A stretch of 64,000 nucleotides of DNA, taken from assembly GCA_000934665.2 (NCBI GenBank), contig KZ538116.1:1-64000 (forward strand), in the 5' to 3' direction. Shown piece after piece: positions 1 to 13,284 of this stretch; position 1 is the stretch's first letter; each line of letters begins with the position of its first letter. Below the pieces are notes generated by a model. That model was not told the origin of the DNA. It was given only the letters and a program-made list of their open reading frames with translations, and did not search any database. The DNA is from Catajapyx aquilonaris. Its lineage: Eukaryota. A program made the position numbers and the translations under genes.

Positions 1-3000
1 TAGGTGGATGAAAGACTATGAACATTAAGGTTGATTGAAAGATGCCACCTGTAGTATGTATCCAGACTTTGTTTTTGTTGTTTTTGAAAAGAAAAAAACA
101 TGTTGTAGTACAGAGCCGCCTGGCGGGAAAGATTGTGCATCACCAGGGAGAAACCAATCCAGATCATACCATAGACCTCCTCGCTCCTCCTGATCAAACA
201 CTACAACACTCCCATGTGCGTTTTTGTACGTATTTCCAAATAAGATGGATCATTAAATGCAGCACTACAACACAGGCAGGGCCTTACGATGGGATATCAA
301 TGCATTTTCAGTCTCCCTAAGTCGAAGTTCATGTTGCCGAGTAAGGAAAATTTTCTCATTTCCCAGCCGAAGGGTCGAGAGTAGGTCACATGTATACAGA
401 AAGGCTCCATTTCCTGATCTCTGTGTAGCAGACGTACCGAAAGAAGTGTTTGACTCGATTGTGACAATTATGGAATCCTTGAATCTAAAAGTAAGCAAAT
501 GTCCATAACGGAGATTTTTTGCAACAAAACAACGAGGAATATAGTAAATGTGATAGTGACAGTTATTTTAATGTTTTGAACACCTTTCGTCGCTGGATAT
601 GAAGGTATGCTTCGTTATAAAGTTCTGTGCCTTAAAAAATTCCAAACTTCTCTAACTCGAATCTTCTATAACTCGAAGTTTTTTCCCGCCCTGTCCCATG
701 GAGATTCGACTTATAGAAGTTTTACTGTATTTTACATTGTGACCAACCAAGCTCATCATTTTCTTCGGCTTATAGAGAAGTTCGACTTATAGAAGTTTTA
801 CTGTATACTTGCCTAATCATTATACTTCAAAGAGATTTATGGTAATTATGGGAAAAAAATTTGAATCAATTTTATAGGGTTTATGGCCTAATTCAATTTC
901 TACCACTTGGGCAACAATATAGCTTTGTAACGAATTTGCTCCAAGATCCTTCTGCATCTACAACAATCCGCGCGTGCTGGAAGGGTGCTCCGTCTGTGTG
1001 TTAGCTACACCCTCCCCCCCATTCTCACCTAACCCAGTGCAATATCCGCGTAGTAAAAGCAGGAATAAAAGGGGTGGTGGTGTTGGTGGTGGGGAGAGGT
1101 CAGAGAGGCAGGAGATACAGAAAGAGGCAGCATCCGCAGCATCCTCCCCCCCCCCCCTCAAATGACCTCCTCCTCTCTCCTCCCTCAACTCTTCCAACCA
1201 TTAGACTCCCCAAGACTATGGCTCTGCAGCACTCTCTCCCTTCTCCTCCATACCATTTCATTCTCTCTCTCTCTCTGTACCAAACCCCCCCTTCCCACAG
1301 CAGGCCCCCCCAACCCTCCCCATGGGAAACTACAACGGAGCAGGCCCCTCTCGGTTTATTGCTGCTTTCCTGTGGCTTTGGCTCTGGCGTGTAGTCATGG
1401 CAACGGAAAGCCAGGCCCTCGTATTGGTTCGCNCCCACCCACCCAACCCTCTACATCCACCCACACCCACCCACCCTTCTCTCTCTCTCTTTAAAATATA
1501 GTATATCCCGCACATCCAACCCGCACCCTCTTCCTTCTTCGTTTTATTTTAATTTTATTTTCATCCAACCTATATACAACCCACCCACGCCCCCTTGCTC
1601 TCTCTCTCCACTTGGAAGGAGATTCATCCCTATATACGTAGTAGACCGCATACAGGCCAAAAGACGAGACATCCTTGCAGGTCTTGGGTTCCGGTCGGGA
1701 AGCCATGAAAACCCTCCCCACCCACCTCAACCCAAGTCTCCATTTTGGGCGAACGGTTCTATACAAGTATACTGTACAGCTTCCTATATTATGTTGGTAG
1801 GATAGTGTTTCGGAGAGAAGACTAATTAGGAGCGAAAAATAATTCGGTAAATTATTATCGACAAAAAAAAATTACAGTTGTATGGTCTTGCGAAAGATTT
1901 GTCTCACGACCCTAACAATTTTATAAACAAACAAATAAGTAGCCCTTAAATATTTAGGGTCGCGAAATAAATCTTTGGATTCAAAAATGGTTCTAAAATT
2001 ATTAATGAATAAATACTTCGATCGAAAGTGCGTTACCATTAATTGAAGGGATAAAACCCACTCTGTGTCAAAGAATATTCGTCCCACAAGCTTTCTGATA
2101 GAGAAATATATTGTAATTACATATATGCCAAATAAATTCTTGAAAAAAAAATCACAGAAAGTTTCAAATGTCAAAATAATACTGTATATTATAGACATCA
2201 TTCGAGTGTGACGCAGCCCATCATTTACGTAAAATATTTTAATGGCATTGGCGCAAGTGAAATATATTTTCTATTTTAAAAATAATAATATTGCTTTTCA
2301 GAAATGTTCCTCATTTTATATGACTGCTATTTCTCCTATATTATTCAATGTCACAATTACTTATAACAGTTTTACTCGTAGCCCAGGTGTTTATAATAAT
2401 TAGCGCATTGCAGCATAAACCAGTCACTTGCTTAAATAATTTTGTAATGCCCTTTTTAATAAATAGCACACCAAGAAATCCAACATTTCACATCATTATC
2501 CACACTGCAGATGTATCCATTTTCTTATCATAATCTACAAATTTATTACACATTCTTCAGTGGTCACTCTAATAGCTGTTAGCTACTTGAAACATTTACT
2601 CCAATGAATGAGTAGGTTAGGTCATTGTTTCCCCGAAATATTCTTATTCTGGAGCATGACGACGCCTGCTCGGAGCCAACCGGTAGGCAGGGAAGGCGGA
2701 AATACAGCCTACATTTCAGGATGAATCTAATCGCGGGTCCAGGTTGAGTGCCTTTTCCGCTCGTAAATTCGAGAGTTTGCCTGGAGGTGTTGACCCCAGC
2801 AAGTCGGGCTCGGATTCATGCCCGGATCGTAAAGTTATGCAGTCAATAGCAATGTGCCCGAGCTGGCCAATCGCAAACTCTGGGGTATAACACCCAAGAT
2901 TTCCGCCGAAGACCTCTCCCCCCCACATCCATATTTCCTTAGCAATAAAAATCTCGTTTATTAACAGGCCTGCGGCACAAAAGAAATTATTCGCCGCTTG

Positions 3001-3586
3001 TCGTACAGTACACACACGTGCTGCAAATCGGACAACAACAAACGCACCTGATATGACCTCCTGATTTTAATTGCTTCTTGCTAGAAAATTCGGCAAACTC
3101 ATTTAGCTTCAGAATCAAAAGTAAAGCCTGCAAACTTCCCGTTGACAAATATGTAATGGGTTCCTAGCCTACATTTTGAAACATGTAAAAAATCGTCCTT
3201 ATTTTTTAAATGTGTTTTTTTGTTTGAAGAAATATGAATAAGAAAACAGTTACTAATGCGGTACGTATTAGTTTTCCAGCTGTTATTGACCAAAATTCAG
3301 ATTAATTATACGGTATTGTACTGCCCTCTTGTACGTCACGCGCCATAAACACTAGTGGTGCAGAGGCAGGAACGCACCCGGGCTGCTTTGGTCCTTTGTT
3401 TGTTTGCAAGCCTAACAATGTCATCGAACTGCCCGTCAGTAAATAATAGAGGCTCTGAATACGCGAATCGAAAGACCGCCAGTAAAGCAGGTGCACGGGT
3501 CTGCTGACGTCACCCGCAATATGCAGGAGTCGGAATGCGCCCCTATAGATCACGCCCCCATTTTTCCCGCCAAAAGTGACTTTCAA

Positions 3587-5741
3587 ATGCGCGATAATTT
3601 ATCGAGTAATGACATGTTGGTAATGAAAAGTGGTGGAAGAGGTATATGTGGTTGAGCTATTCGTGAACTTTCCCAAATCCCAGACCAAAGGCTAGGACCC
3701 CATTGTCAGGATCAGTCTGCGACACGTGTAAAGGGAACTCAAACCACTTCCACTGAATAAAAAGAAGAAGACAACTTGAATCTATTAGCAGGAGTTCCCC
3801 CCCTAACTCCTCTATGGCTTCCGAAGGATCAAAAGTTATCCTGTCTGCCTGCTGTCTTGGTGAGAAACGACATTTCAAGGGCTGACAGTCGACACCATCT
3901 GAATCTATTGAGGGGGCGACGGTAGAGCATAAGCCCTCACTGAATACCAACTGAAACTCAGGGGGGAAAGTGCGCCATTTCGAGCTATAAAAAAATGCCT
4001 GTCAAATGCAACAAGTTTGGTTCAATTAGTATATACTCACGCACTTTTGTCCCAATTTCAGATGCAGTGAAATGCGAGAAGCCGTACGAAATCTGCGAGG
4101 GCTGCGGACAGAAGATACACGACCGGTACCTGATGCGAGTGGCAGATACCAGTTGGCATGAAGAATGTCTCACCTGCTGCGTCTGTCGGGTGCAACTCAC
4201 GCACTCTTGTTACTGCAGAAACAGCAAGCTCTACTGCAAGCTAGACTATGACAGGTAAAGACGAGTTGGAAGTGTGGTAGCTGCTGTATCCTGCTCCTCT
4301 GATGACACTTTTCGTTCTTTGCGACAGGATTTTCGGAGCCAAGTGCTCGAGGTGTGGTGAGAGGCTCCTTCCTCACGAGCTGGTCATGAGGGCACAGAGC
4401 CTGATATTTCACCTGCAGTGCTTCGTGTGTGTGGTTTGCTGCCACCAGCTGCAGAAAGGCGACCAGTTCGTTCTCAGGGGTACGCAGCTTTTCTGCAGGG
4501 CGGACTATGAGAAGGAAGTCTACATGCTGCAGCAGGCCAGTCCAAGAAGTAAGTCTTTTGCCTCTCTCAAAATATTCTTGGAGAAAAACCCTGTCCACAC
4601 TCCCAAATACCCAGTCCATCATCCTGATCTCTGGTAATATACAATCTGCTGCGATCCAGGTGAAGATGGTCATTTGCATTGCCCCCACGTTTTGGACCCT
4701 TTCCCAGCGGACGAGTTGATACCGGACGAGAACAGCAGGCCCAGGGACGGACGGAGGGGTCCAAAGAGGCCCAGGACCATCCTCACCTCGGCCCAGAGGC
4801 GACAGTTCAAAGCTTCCTTCGAGATCAGCCCCAAGCCATGCCGGAAGGTCAGTTATTCACACTGCATCATGCTGTAATACAAGAGTCCAATGCATTCATT
4901 CTGGTATGATGTAACCCAAAAACCCACACAGTTGATTCCGATTTATTCTTACCATATACTAACAGACGCCTCTATTTTTTCCTTGCAGGTGCGGGAGGCA
5001 CTAGCGAAGGAGACTGGATTGAGCGTACGGGTGGTCCAGGTGTGGTTTCAGAACCAGCGTGCCAAGATGAAGAAGCTTCAGAGGAAGGCCAAGCAGGAAG
5101 CAGAGCAGCAGAAGGGTGGCAGTGGGGTGAGTGGTAGCGGAGGTGCTGGTGGGGCAGGGAGCGGAGGAGGCGGAGGAGGAACCAGCGGAGAGGACTCCAA
5201 GGAAGCCAAGGAAGACACCAAGCCAAAGACGGAGCCTCCAGATGGGGAGCAGAGTGAGTCCTGCTCCATCGCAGCAATGATGCGACAAAGCCAACATTTC
5301 CACTCATACGCATTGTCGACCATTGCAGATCACTACCTAGGGATGGGCCAGCTGGTAGGGGATCAGTCGGACGCTCCGTTCACTCCTTCAGGCAGCCAGC
5401 CTCTCAATCCCAACATGCCCTACTCCCCAGATGGTAATGTATCTAAAACATAAGATTTTACACAATGTAGGGCTGGTTGCGTGCAAACATTTTAATTATT
5501 GTTTTAATCAGGTGATGCCTATCCAGCCCATTCCGGTGAGAGCTTCTGCAGCTCCGAATTGTCGCTGGACGGAAGCACCAACTTTGAGCAGCTAGAAGAC
5601 GGAGCCTCAGAGACAATGTCACTGCACAACCTGGACCAGGGGAGTCAACCAGCCGACCTTATACCTGGCGCATTCAGTCAAGTCAACCCCATCGATAAGC
5701 TCTACTTGATGCAGAACTCCTACTTCAACACTGAGCAGTGA
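3587..5741 (+). CDS. Lmx1: LIM-homeobox transcription factor, Lmx1 family (7 exons)
   Basis: Two LIM domains ([37 protein letters not shown]), homeodomain [45 protein letters not shown] and C-terminal [14 protein letters not shown]. Phase-compatible GT-AG exons 4062-4254, 4328-4548, 4708-4847, 4989-5253, 5329-5433, 5512-5741. Exon 1 (3587-3641, [18 protein letters not shown]) is tentative but phase-compatible. Confidence 0.93.
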
Positions 5742-7488
5742 ACCAGTGCAGTGTCTATTTATTTTCCCATTAAAAACTGATTGTTACTTTTCCTCTACAC
5801 TCTTCTGGTTCGAATGCGTCCAATACTGTTGTCCATTTGCTTCAGCCATGTTGATAAGGGACTGTTAATGCCTGTAATATACCACATCATCCTCCCAAAC
5901 GTAAGTTGACAAAACTCATACAACAAGAATGAACTCCTGAACAAGTTTCTTTGATATAAATTACAAGACAAAATTATTACAAACATGCCCATTCCTTTCA
6001 GTCGAATACACTTTCTTGTAATTGTACAGTATAACCGCCTCCAAAATAACATAAAAGTTTATAAATGTAATATCACTACAGACTGAGTTCACTTGCTATC
6101 GCGCACTAGGTGGCAAAATTGTTGATAGGAACACATTGCATGAATTCCACTCACAGATGATTGCCCTTCATCAACATGGATCAAGTGAATGTTGGCAGAC
6201 TGTATTTTGGTGTAAACTAGGAAGGCGATTTCAAAGGGGAGGAAAAAAAGCAGCATTTCTGTTACGACTAGTCAACTCCGGCTCCTATTGAGTCTCTCCT
6301 AGTTTTCTACCATTTAAAAACATGAAAAGTGTTACAGTGTCGTGAAATATGGTGTGTCTAGTTTTAAAAACTCTTAGCTTAAAAGAGTCTTTTTAGCTCA
6401 TCGTAGCCAACGGAGAGCACAAAAACTATCTTACATGAACTTGGCAACAGTGTGGTGTGTGACCCCCGAAGGATGCATCTAGTCATGAACTAATGGGCCA
6501 CTCTACTTTGCGTGTGCAGCTTTTGTTGGTTGCTTCTGGTCTCCCAAACACTGTCCACATATTGTACTTACAAGGTATTAGTGATGTGAACATTTCTTTC
6601 CCCCCCATCACCCCGTAAAAAAAAGTAAATATGTCCACAGATCACATCTGCACTCATTCCTGCAAAAACCCAATGACAGAAAGCCCTAGGGATAAAAAAG
6701 ATAAAAATTCTTCCGGACAGAGGTGCAAAAGAATACCTGAACTGTTTCTAGATGTTAGATCATTATTGCACATATGAGGTGTACACAGTGTCCATTGATA
6801 ACTGATACCAGGACAATTCTACCACAAAAACTGTCACTTGGGTAGCACAATTTTTTGAAGATAAAATAAAAGCATAGAATGAGGCCTCTTATCTGCCCAA
6901 TGTGTAAGGATGTTTTTTTCCTCGCATGCATTGTATTGTACATAACTTTAATTTTCAATCGGCACCTTCAACGAATGAGTTGTACAATACTTACTTCAAC
7001 CGCAGCAAGAACTTCTCTCTTGCTCCTCCTCACAGGTCTCGTACGACAATCATTGGTCATTCTTGCATGCAGAATTCAGCAAGTACATGTACGTGTATGC
7101 AAACATTTTCCTTTCACCCATAATATTCTACATTTAGAGCTTCAATGCTGACTTCCCTTTTGCAGGGGAAAACATTCCATCCAAATAAAATTTTCTCACT
7201 CTTTTGAAGGCGAACCTCCTTAGGTCATTCTCTCTGACCCCACAGGTCATGGTTCCACTCAACCTGCTTATTACAACCTTACCCGAGGTTGCCACGAGGT
7301 CGTTTCCATAACTCGAAGGAGCCCTGGTAGGCCTCATGACGCCCTCCACATCAACTGATAGCAATATGCAGTTAGCAGGGCCCCAAATTTCAAAGACGCA
7401 TTTTACAAAAACGGTTTAATGTCCATATACTTACAAGGATAGAAAATGAAAACAAAAAATGAAAACAAAAGTTCAGGTGATTTTGTGT

Positions 7489-8143
7489 TCACTGCTTGTA
7501 TTGAGCGGCTTCCTTGCGAGCTGCATCCTGAAGGAGCTGGATGTCAACCTCATCTGCCGGGAGCTGAACATAGCGGACAACAGACCCACGGATGAAGCAG
7601 TTCTTCACCGACAGCTGGAAAACAAGTACGTGAATGCCCCACACGCTCTGAACTGGTTTAAAATATGCGCACACTCGCTGTCTACTGAAATGCAGGCACT
7701 CACCATGTGCGGATACTTATCTGGATCCGTCACATTGATGTCAGTCAGCTTAATGTTCAGGTACTGGTCCACCGAGTGAAGGGTTCCGCATATACTGCAA
7801 TGACAAAATGGACATTACCACTTAAGCCTCTTGCTTCCACGAAGCTTATTCAGATGGTTAGTACAATACCTGAGATCATTCTTGAGCTCCACGACCACGT
7901 CCTTCCCAACCAGGGACTTGAAGAAGGAGTAGAACAGCTGGAAACACACAAGAGAATTAGGAAACAACTCAATTATTGGTGGGACAAACTGATGGGCCGG
8001 GTTCGGTTCCAGGTGCAGATATATCGTGGGCCGGGTTCGGTTCCAGGTCCAGATATATCGTGGGCCGGGTTCGGTTCCAGGTCCAGCGTCCCCCTGTGCT
8101 GAGTTATCCAGCGTGCAACTTGTGCGACCCTGCAACGTACCAT
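7489..8143 (-). CDS. LSM2: U6 snRNA-associated Sm-like protein LSm2 (4 exons)
   Basis: Spliced product M|LFYSFFKSLVGKDVVVELKNDL|SICGTLHSVDQYLNIKLTDINVTDPDKYPHM|LSVKNCFIRGSVVRYVQLPADEVDIQLLQDAARKEA. Exons 8143-8141 (ATG only), 7937-7870, 7794-7704, 7614-7489. Confidence 0.96.
7993..8086. repeat. Minisatellite, about 34-bp unit x about 2.7, in LSm2 intron 1
   Basis: Unit tgggccgggttcggttccaggt(g/c)cagatatatcg repeated near-identically. Confidence 0.9.
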
Positions 8144-8960
8144 ACTTCCTGCAAAAGGAGGAGCGTCTCAGCAGGCAATACCGGTACCGGCGCGTGCACT
8201 ACACAAGAGAGGACAAGAGGCGTCGCGACGTCAATGGCGACGTCTCACTCACACCGGCCGTAAACACGGCCACTAGAGACATCTAGCGGAAGGCGGCCAT
8301 CTACGTCATGGCCAGCGATATCTAGCAACAGTTTCGAAAGATTGCCAACAGATGGCGCATGAAGCGGTGGCGCCAAACAGTTTGAATACAACTGTTGCCA
8401 TCAAATTAATTATAATTACCTGGAATTTCATGGCATAATAATTAGTGCGTAGGCCTCTTTGGTATCTGAATTCATGGATGCAATTTTTAAGACTAATTTC
8501 ATACGCATTTTCGAAGCTTTGTTTTGTATGTCGTTGCTTATCTTTCAACTTCTTCTGAAAAGGCGGTGTTTGGCCAACATTTCAATTCACAGAGTTGCAG
8601 TACACGGGTCGAAGGTCACGGGGTCACACCAGCAGGGGCCCTTGACCACGCTTTTATGCTCTTGATTGGACTTTGATGTAGTACCGGTATTCGCGGTATA
8701 ATAAGGAGTCATGTGGCGCAGAATAATATTGTCAGGTAACGTTTCATTTCAGGAAATCTAATGGCAATTAACTTTAGTGGAACTACGAATATAATTACAG
8801 GCTTTGGACGTCTGAAAATTACGCAACTTTAGACATTGTTTTGTGCTACTTTGACCTACGATTCGACCTTTATCAATAGCCTTTATGTGAACTCATATCA
8901 GTGTTATTCAGTTGGGTGACATTCCTATCGCTTTTTACTAGAGTTGTTGTCGCATTACTA

Positions 8961-9844
8961 CCGGGTGTGTAAAATGTTTCTGACCCCCTGCCGATGTTTA
9001 CAAAACATATTAAATCTGAACACATCCAAATATTCACATAATATGATTCAGGGCTGTCCTGTAGACGCGCCCAAACATGCTCCACAGGATTAAAGTCAGG
9101 GGAGTTCCCTGGCCAATCTTTCCAGACTGCAGGGATTATTATTTTTCTCAATTGATGCCATTGACCCCTTAGTGTGTGGCATTTGGCTCCATCTTGCATA
9201 AGAGTAGCCAAATTTGGTTTAGGGAACATGCTTATGGTTTTTCCTGCTGCACTGTAGAGGGGAAGGATCTTCTCCCTGTAGTATATTGACCATCCACATT
9301 TCTCTCCTACTCAACAAAATGAAGCTCAGACTTGCCATATCTCGATATTCCATCGGCAACGCTAATTTTGACAGAAAATTTAGGGCACTGTATTGGTTTG
9401 ATCTTATCAGGATTATCTGTCCTGATTCTGGAATTTTGTCGACACAACTTTCAAGGAGCAAATATGTCTCAAAGAAAAGTAATTCTTCAAAATTTCATAT
9501 GCAAGTAAGTTCCTCACTCAAGAGTAGCATGAACATCACATACACCTTGGAATGCAGTAATACCTCGCTTATAGAGGAACAAGTCCTAAATCATGGTGTC
9601 CGACAAGGCAAAGAAATCTGCAGCCTTCCTGTGCCTAACCAGGAAATTATCAGAAATGAGTCTATCCTGGTGGTGGGAGAAGTGTCAAACAGTATATAGA
9701 GAAGAGTATACGCTTCAGACACACCACCTGCACGCCATTAATTATAGCAGCTCTTGATTATAGTTAATAGTAAGTTCATAATAAGTGACTTTTTCACATA
9801 TGTGCCAAGTGGCTGTGGGGGTCAGAAACTTTTTACACACCCTG
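8961..9844 (-). mobile_element. Deleted Tc1/mariner-superfamily DNA transposon
   Basis: 28-bp TIRs (ccgggtgtgtaaaatgtttctgaccccc / revcomp cagggtgtgtaaaaagtttctgaccccc, 2 mismatches) flanked by TA on both sides. Minus-strand remnant QDGAKCHT..WPGNSPDFNPVEHVW is the DDE catalytic segment. Confidence 0.85.
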
Positions 9845-10299
9845 TAGGCTATATAGTCAAAATTATTTTATCCGGCTAGTAATAATTGCATCAAGTTCGT
9901 TGCTAATGGATGATGCAATCCAGCAGGTTCTATTGCATGGTATATAACACTTTCTTAAGCAATACCAAAGAGTAGCACCAATCTAAATCTTACGTAACAT
10001 AAACCATGCAGAGTTTGGAACTTGGCTTTCGCGTAATCCGATATACTATAATTATATGCGTACGCTAGTGCTTATATTATCAACATTGGCATGTTGCCAC
10101 TTAGTGAGAGGTTAGACGATGGCCATCATGGATTAAACATCGGACGTTATAAGGACACAGTTTTCACGTGCATAAAAGGGGGGAAGAACTACTACTCTTC
10201 GTCCACAACAGTCCATCGTCAGTGTCGTGTGCAAAGATGATCACGTGTTACTTTGAATATAAAAATGACCAGTACCCACTGACTATAAGCTAGAGCAAC

Positions 10300-11537
10300 A
10301 TGGTATTCTCAGGATTGACAGACGAGCAGAAAGAAAAGGTAAAGTAACCCTCTTTAATTTTTGAAATTGAGCTATAATCAGTGATTAACACATTTCCAAC
10401 AGTATGACCGAGATGGATACCTGGTGGTTGAAGACTTCTTAAGTGAAGATGACGTGAACGATGTCAGATCTGCCTTCTTCAGATTGGTGGACAAAGACAC
10501 GCGTCACAACAAATGCATCTTTTCCACTGACTCTGTTTCAGCGCAGGTATAGGTATAATTATGGCTGAAATATTCATATCCACAGTTTAGAAGGATTCAA
10601 AATCCAAGGTTCGAGATGTGGAGTGATAGCCTCGAAATGCGGGTATATACATAGGCCTACAGAGGTGCTTTTCTTACTTTCAGCATCGGGACAAGTACTA
10701 TGGCGACAGTTCGGATCAGATACATTACTTTTATGAACCGGGAGCATTTGACTCTAATGGACAACTGTTAGTCCCGAAGGATGTGTCCATAAACAGACTG
10801 GCTCATGGCCTGCACGTCCACGACCCGGTGTTCAAAAAGTATGCCTTCAACGATCGGGTCAAGTCGTGCGTCAGAGACCTCGGAATGGTCAAACCAGTGG
10901 TCACTCAAAGCATGTATATCTGCAAGAACGCGGGAGTCGGAGGAGCAGGTATGTATGCAAAAGTTGTCCTGATGTGTACAGGGTGGTGCAATGAGCGCGT
11001 ATTCCTTACATACAGCCGCTGCACATCAGGACGCGACTTATTTGTACATGGAGCCCTTGAAGCTGGTTGGCATGTGGTACGCCCTGGAGGATGTGACCCT
11101 GGACAACGGCTGCCTCTGGTTCGTACCTGGGTCACACCGTGGTCAGCTGGCCAACAGGTACGTACGGAACCAGGATCCAAACGGTACCCCGGCCTACGTG
11201 TTCAAGAAAGTCAGCGACGTCTGTTACGACGACTCTGACTTCGTGCCTGCCACAGTCAAGAAAGGTGAGGAAAAAAAGGGCCAGTATCAGCAGACATGAC
11301 ACAACCAAGATGAAGCGTCTCATGATGAAGCGCTTCATGTTCCGTCTCATTGCAGGGTCTTGCGTGTTCATACACGGTATGGTGATGCACAAGAGTGACA
11401 AGAACACTTCCAACAAATCCAGACATGCATACACTTTCCATATCATCGACACCGACGGTACACGTTGGGCACATGACAACTGGTTGCAACCAAGTCCTCC
11501 GGACTACCAGTTTCCTTCACTCTACAACAGTGTATAA
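10300..11537 (+). CDS. PHYHD1: PHYHD1-like 2OG/Fe(II) dioxygenase, copy A (5 exons)
   Basis: Exons 10300-10338, 10403-10546, 10684-10948, 11016-11264, 11356-11537. Motifs YDRDGYLVVEDF, HQDATYLY, NGCLWFVPGSH, HGMVMHKS, SRHAYTFH, NWLQP. Confidence 0.9.
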
Positions 11538-12035
11538 CAACAAGCAAAGGAGAGTTAAGGCTACTGGATAATATAAAAGTCGACAAAATTGATCAATTTC
11601 GTTGACTTGAGGCTGCAGCAAAAAAAAGGAGAAGAGATCCGCAAATTGCAATATGACAACGACACTCACAGTAATGCTACGTAATTTGCCTGTTATTGCT
11701 TGGGACTTGAAATAAACTGTGGAAAAATAACACAGAGGCAGTCTACCCATTCCTATCTGTAAAGTTGTCTCATAAGATTCAGTCAGACTTATAGGGTGAA
11801 CAACAGGGTGTAACAGAAAATTACTTTATGTCGAGGTGTCATTGAATCGCAAATTGGAAAAAGGGGATAAGTCACAGTAATGAACCAAACTTTTCAGGAC
11901 GCACGAAAAACTAATAAGTTACATAGAGTAAAGCTTATATAATATTGATATTGACATTTTCATAGGCTGCAATCAATGTGGAACGTGCAGAAAGTTGTTG
12001 CTGCAACTTTTCTTCAAACGTTTGCCAGACACACT

Positions 12036-13202
12036 GTAGCGTCCAAAGTCAAAAGGCAGTATCTGCACTTCTTCGTGTTCCGAGAAAAAGGCACTTGAAG
12101 TTCAACATCATTTTTTTCGCATACAGTAAGAGCTACCAAAATGAAAATAAGATGGCACATGTATGTTTTAGCGCCTAATTCAACGGAAGACATATTTCAA
12201 AGGTGACATAACTCCTTCAGACAATTTTGTAAATACTGCCTTTTGCCAGAGGTACACGTGCACACTATCCAATGTCAGAAGCTGCATGTACTGTACCAAA
12301 TACTGCCTTATGCCACGCTTTGAAGTGGAAGTCTTGAAGAATATCTGTCACAGGGAAGACACTAATATTCCGTCAAAAAACATGCATACAATATTATACA
12401 ACATAGTTACTTAGCATACTTTATTCCTCCGTTTACCCTACAAGACTTATATCCCTGTGCTTTTCAATACATATATTTAATCATGCAGAAAATCACACAA
12501 ATCTCGACTCAAATCATTCTCGGGCATTGCATTCCAGAAATCTCGTCGGTTTTCCGGCATTTTTGAAAGTAGTTTCTGGACCAAGCGCCGCTTCTTCTCT
12601 GGAGGGATTCCTCGAGGGATCGGCCCTTGCTTGCTCTCCCGGGGCAATATGACTTTTGCTGTTTTCTTCACAACCGCTGCTTTTGGCAGAACAATGTAAT
12701 CGTTGTCGAACTCACACTTGTAAGCAAATCCCCCAGAATAACGTGTAAACTTTACAGCACAAACTGTATTCAGCAGTGGCAGACATTCATCGTGTGCCCT
12801 TCGAACGCGATGAATGACATCGTAACTGTAAATGTCTCTCTCAGTCAACAGGACCGGTATAATCCCTTTAGCTGCTTGCTGACAGGCAGTCACAAAATCT
12901 CGAAAGTCATAGACATTCCGCATTTTTCAGACTGACTTCTCGATGCATCCATGTATACCATCGGCTGCCTGAATACCGGACGTTGATTGGCTGCTTGCAT
13001 ATACTGCCCTTTGCCTTGGGGCACGAATGATTTTTCTGCTAATACTGCCTTTTGCCATCTCCAAATTGGCTGAGCGGATCGTCTTACGCCCATGGCAGTA
13101 GGCTTCATATGTGCAGTTTCACAGGCGCATTCAGGTGCGAACAAAAACTAGAATATGATGAAAAATGCAGATACTGCCTTTGGCCTTGGGACGCTACCAC
13201 TC
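12036..13202 (-). mobile_element. Deleted DNA transposon, probably Sola-like
   Basis: About 33-bp inverted repeat (gtagcgtccaaagtcaaaaggcagtatctgca.. / ..tgcagatactgcctttggccttgggacgctac) with internal atactgcctt subrepeats. ORF 12477-12923 (VYDFRDFV..PRGIPPEKKRRLVQKLLSKMPENRRDFW) resembles an invertebrate transposase C-terminus. Superfamily assignment is from memory. Confidence 0.6.
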
Positions 13203-13284
13203 ATTGAGCCATGTGAGCGTTGATTGCATAATAGACAATTAAGTACCCGAAACTGCCCTACATATGTAACGTACATTATTAGAC

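Noticed and set aside
1..510. Short ORFs with a faint piggyBac-like phrase (KMDH*MQHYNTGRALRW)
   Set aside because: The similarity is too weak and fragmentary, and no termini or catalytic motifs are identifiable.
640..806. Direct repeat ttcgacttatagaagttt(t)tactgta (about 706-730 and 781-806)
   Set aside because: Likely right ends of a Tigger-like element, but no left end was found. Two copies are not a CRISPR array.
958..1766. Multiple overlapping 60-110 aa ORFs
   Set aside because: They arise from low-complexity C/T-rich sequence and have no recognisable domain.
7707..8286. Plus-strand ORFs with repeated GRVRFQVQIYRGPG peptides
   Set aside because: They are translations of the intronic minisatellite and the antisense of LSm2.
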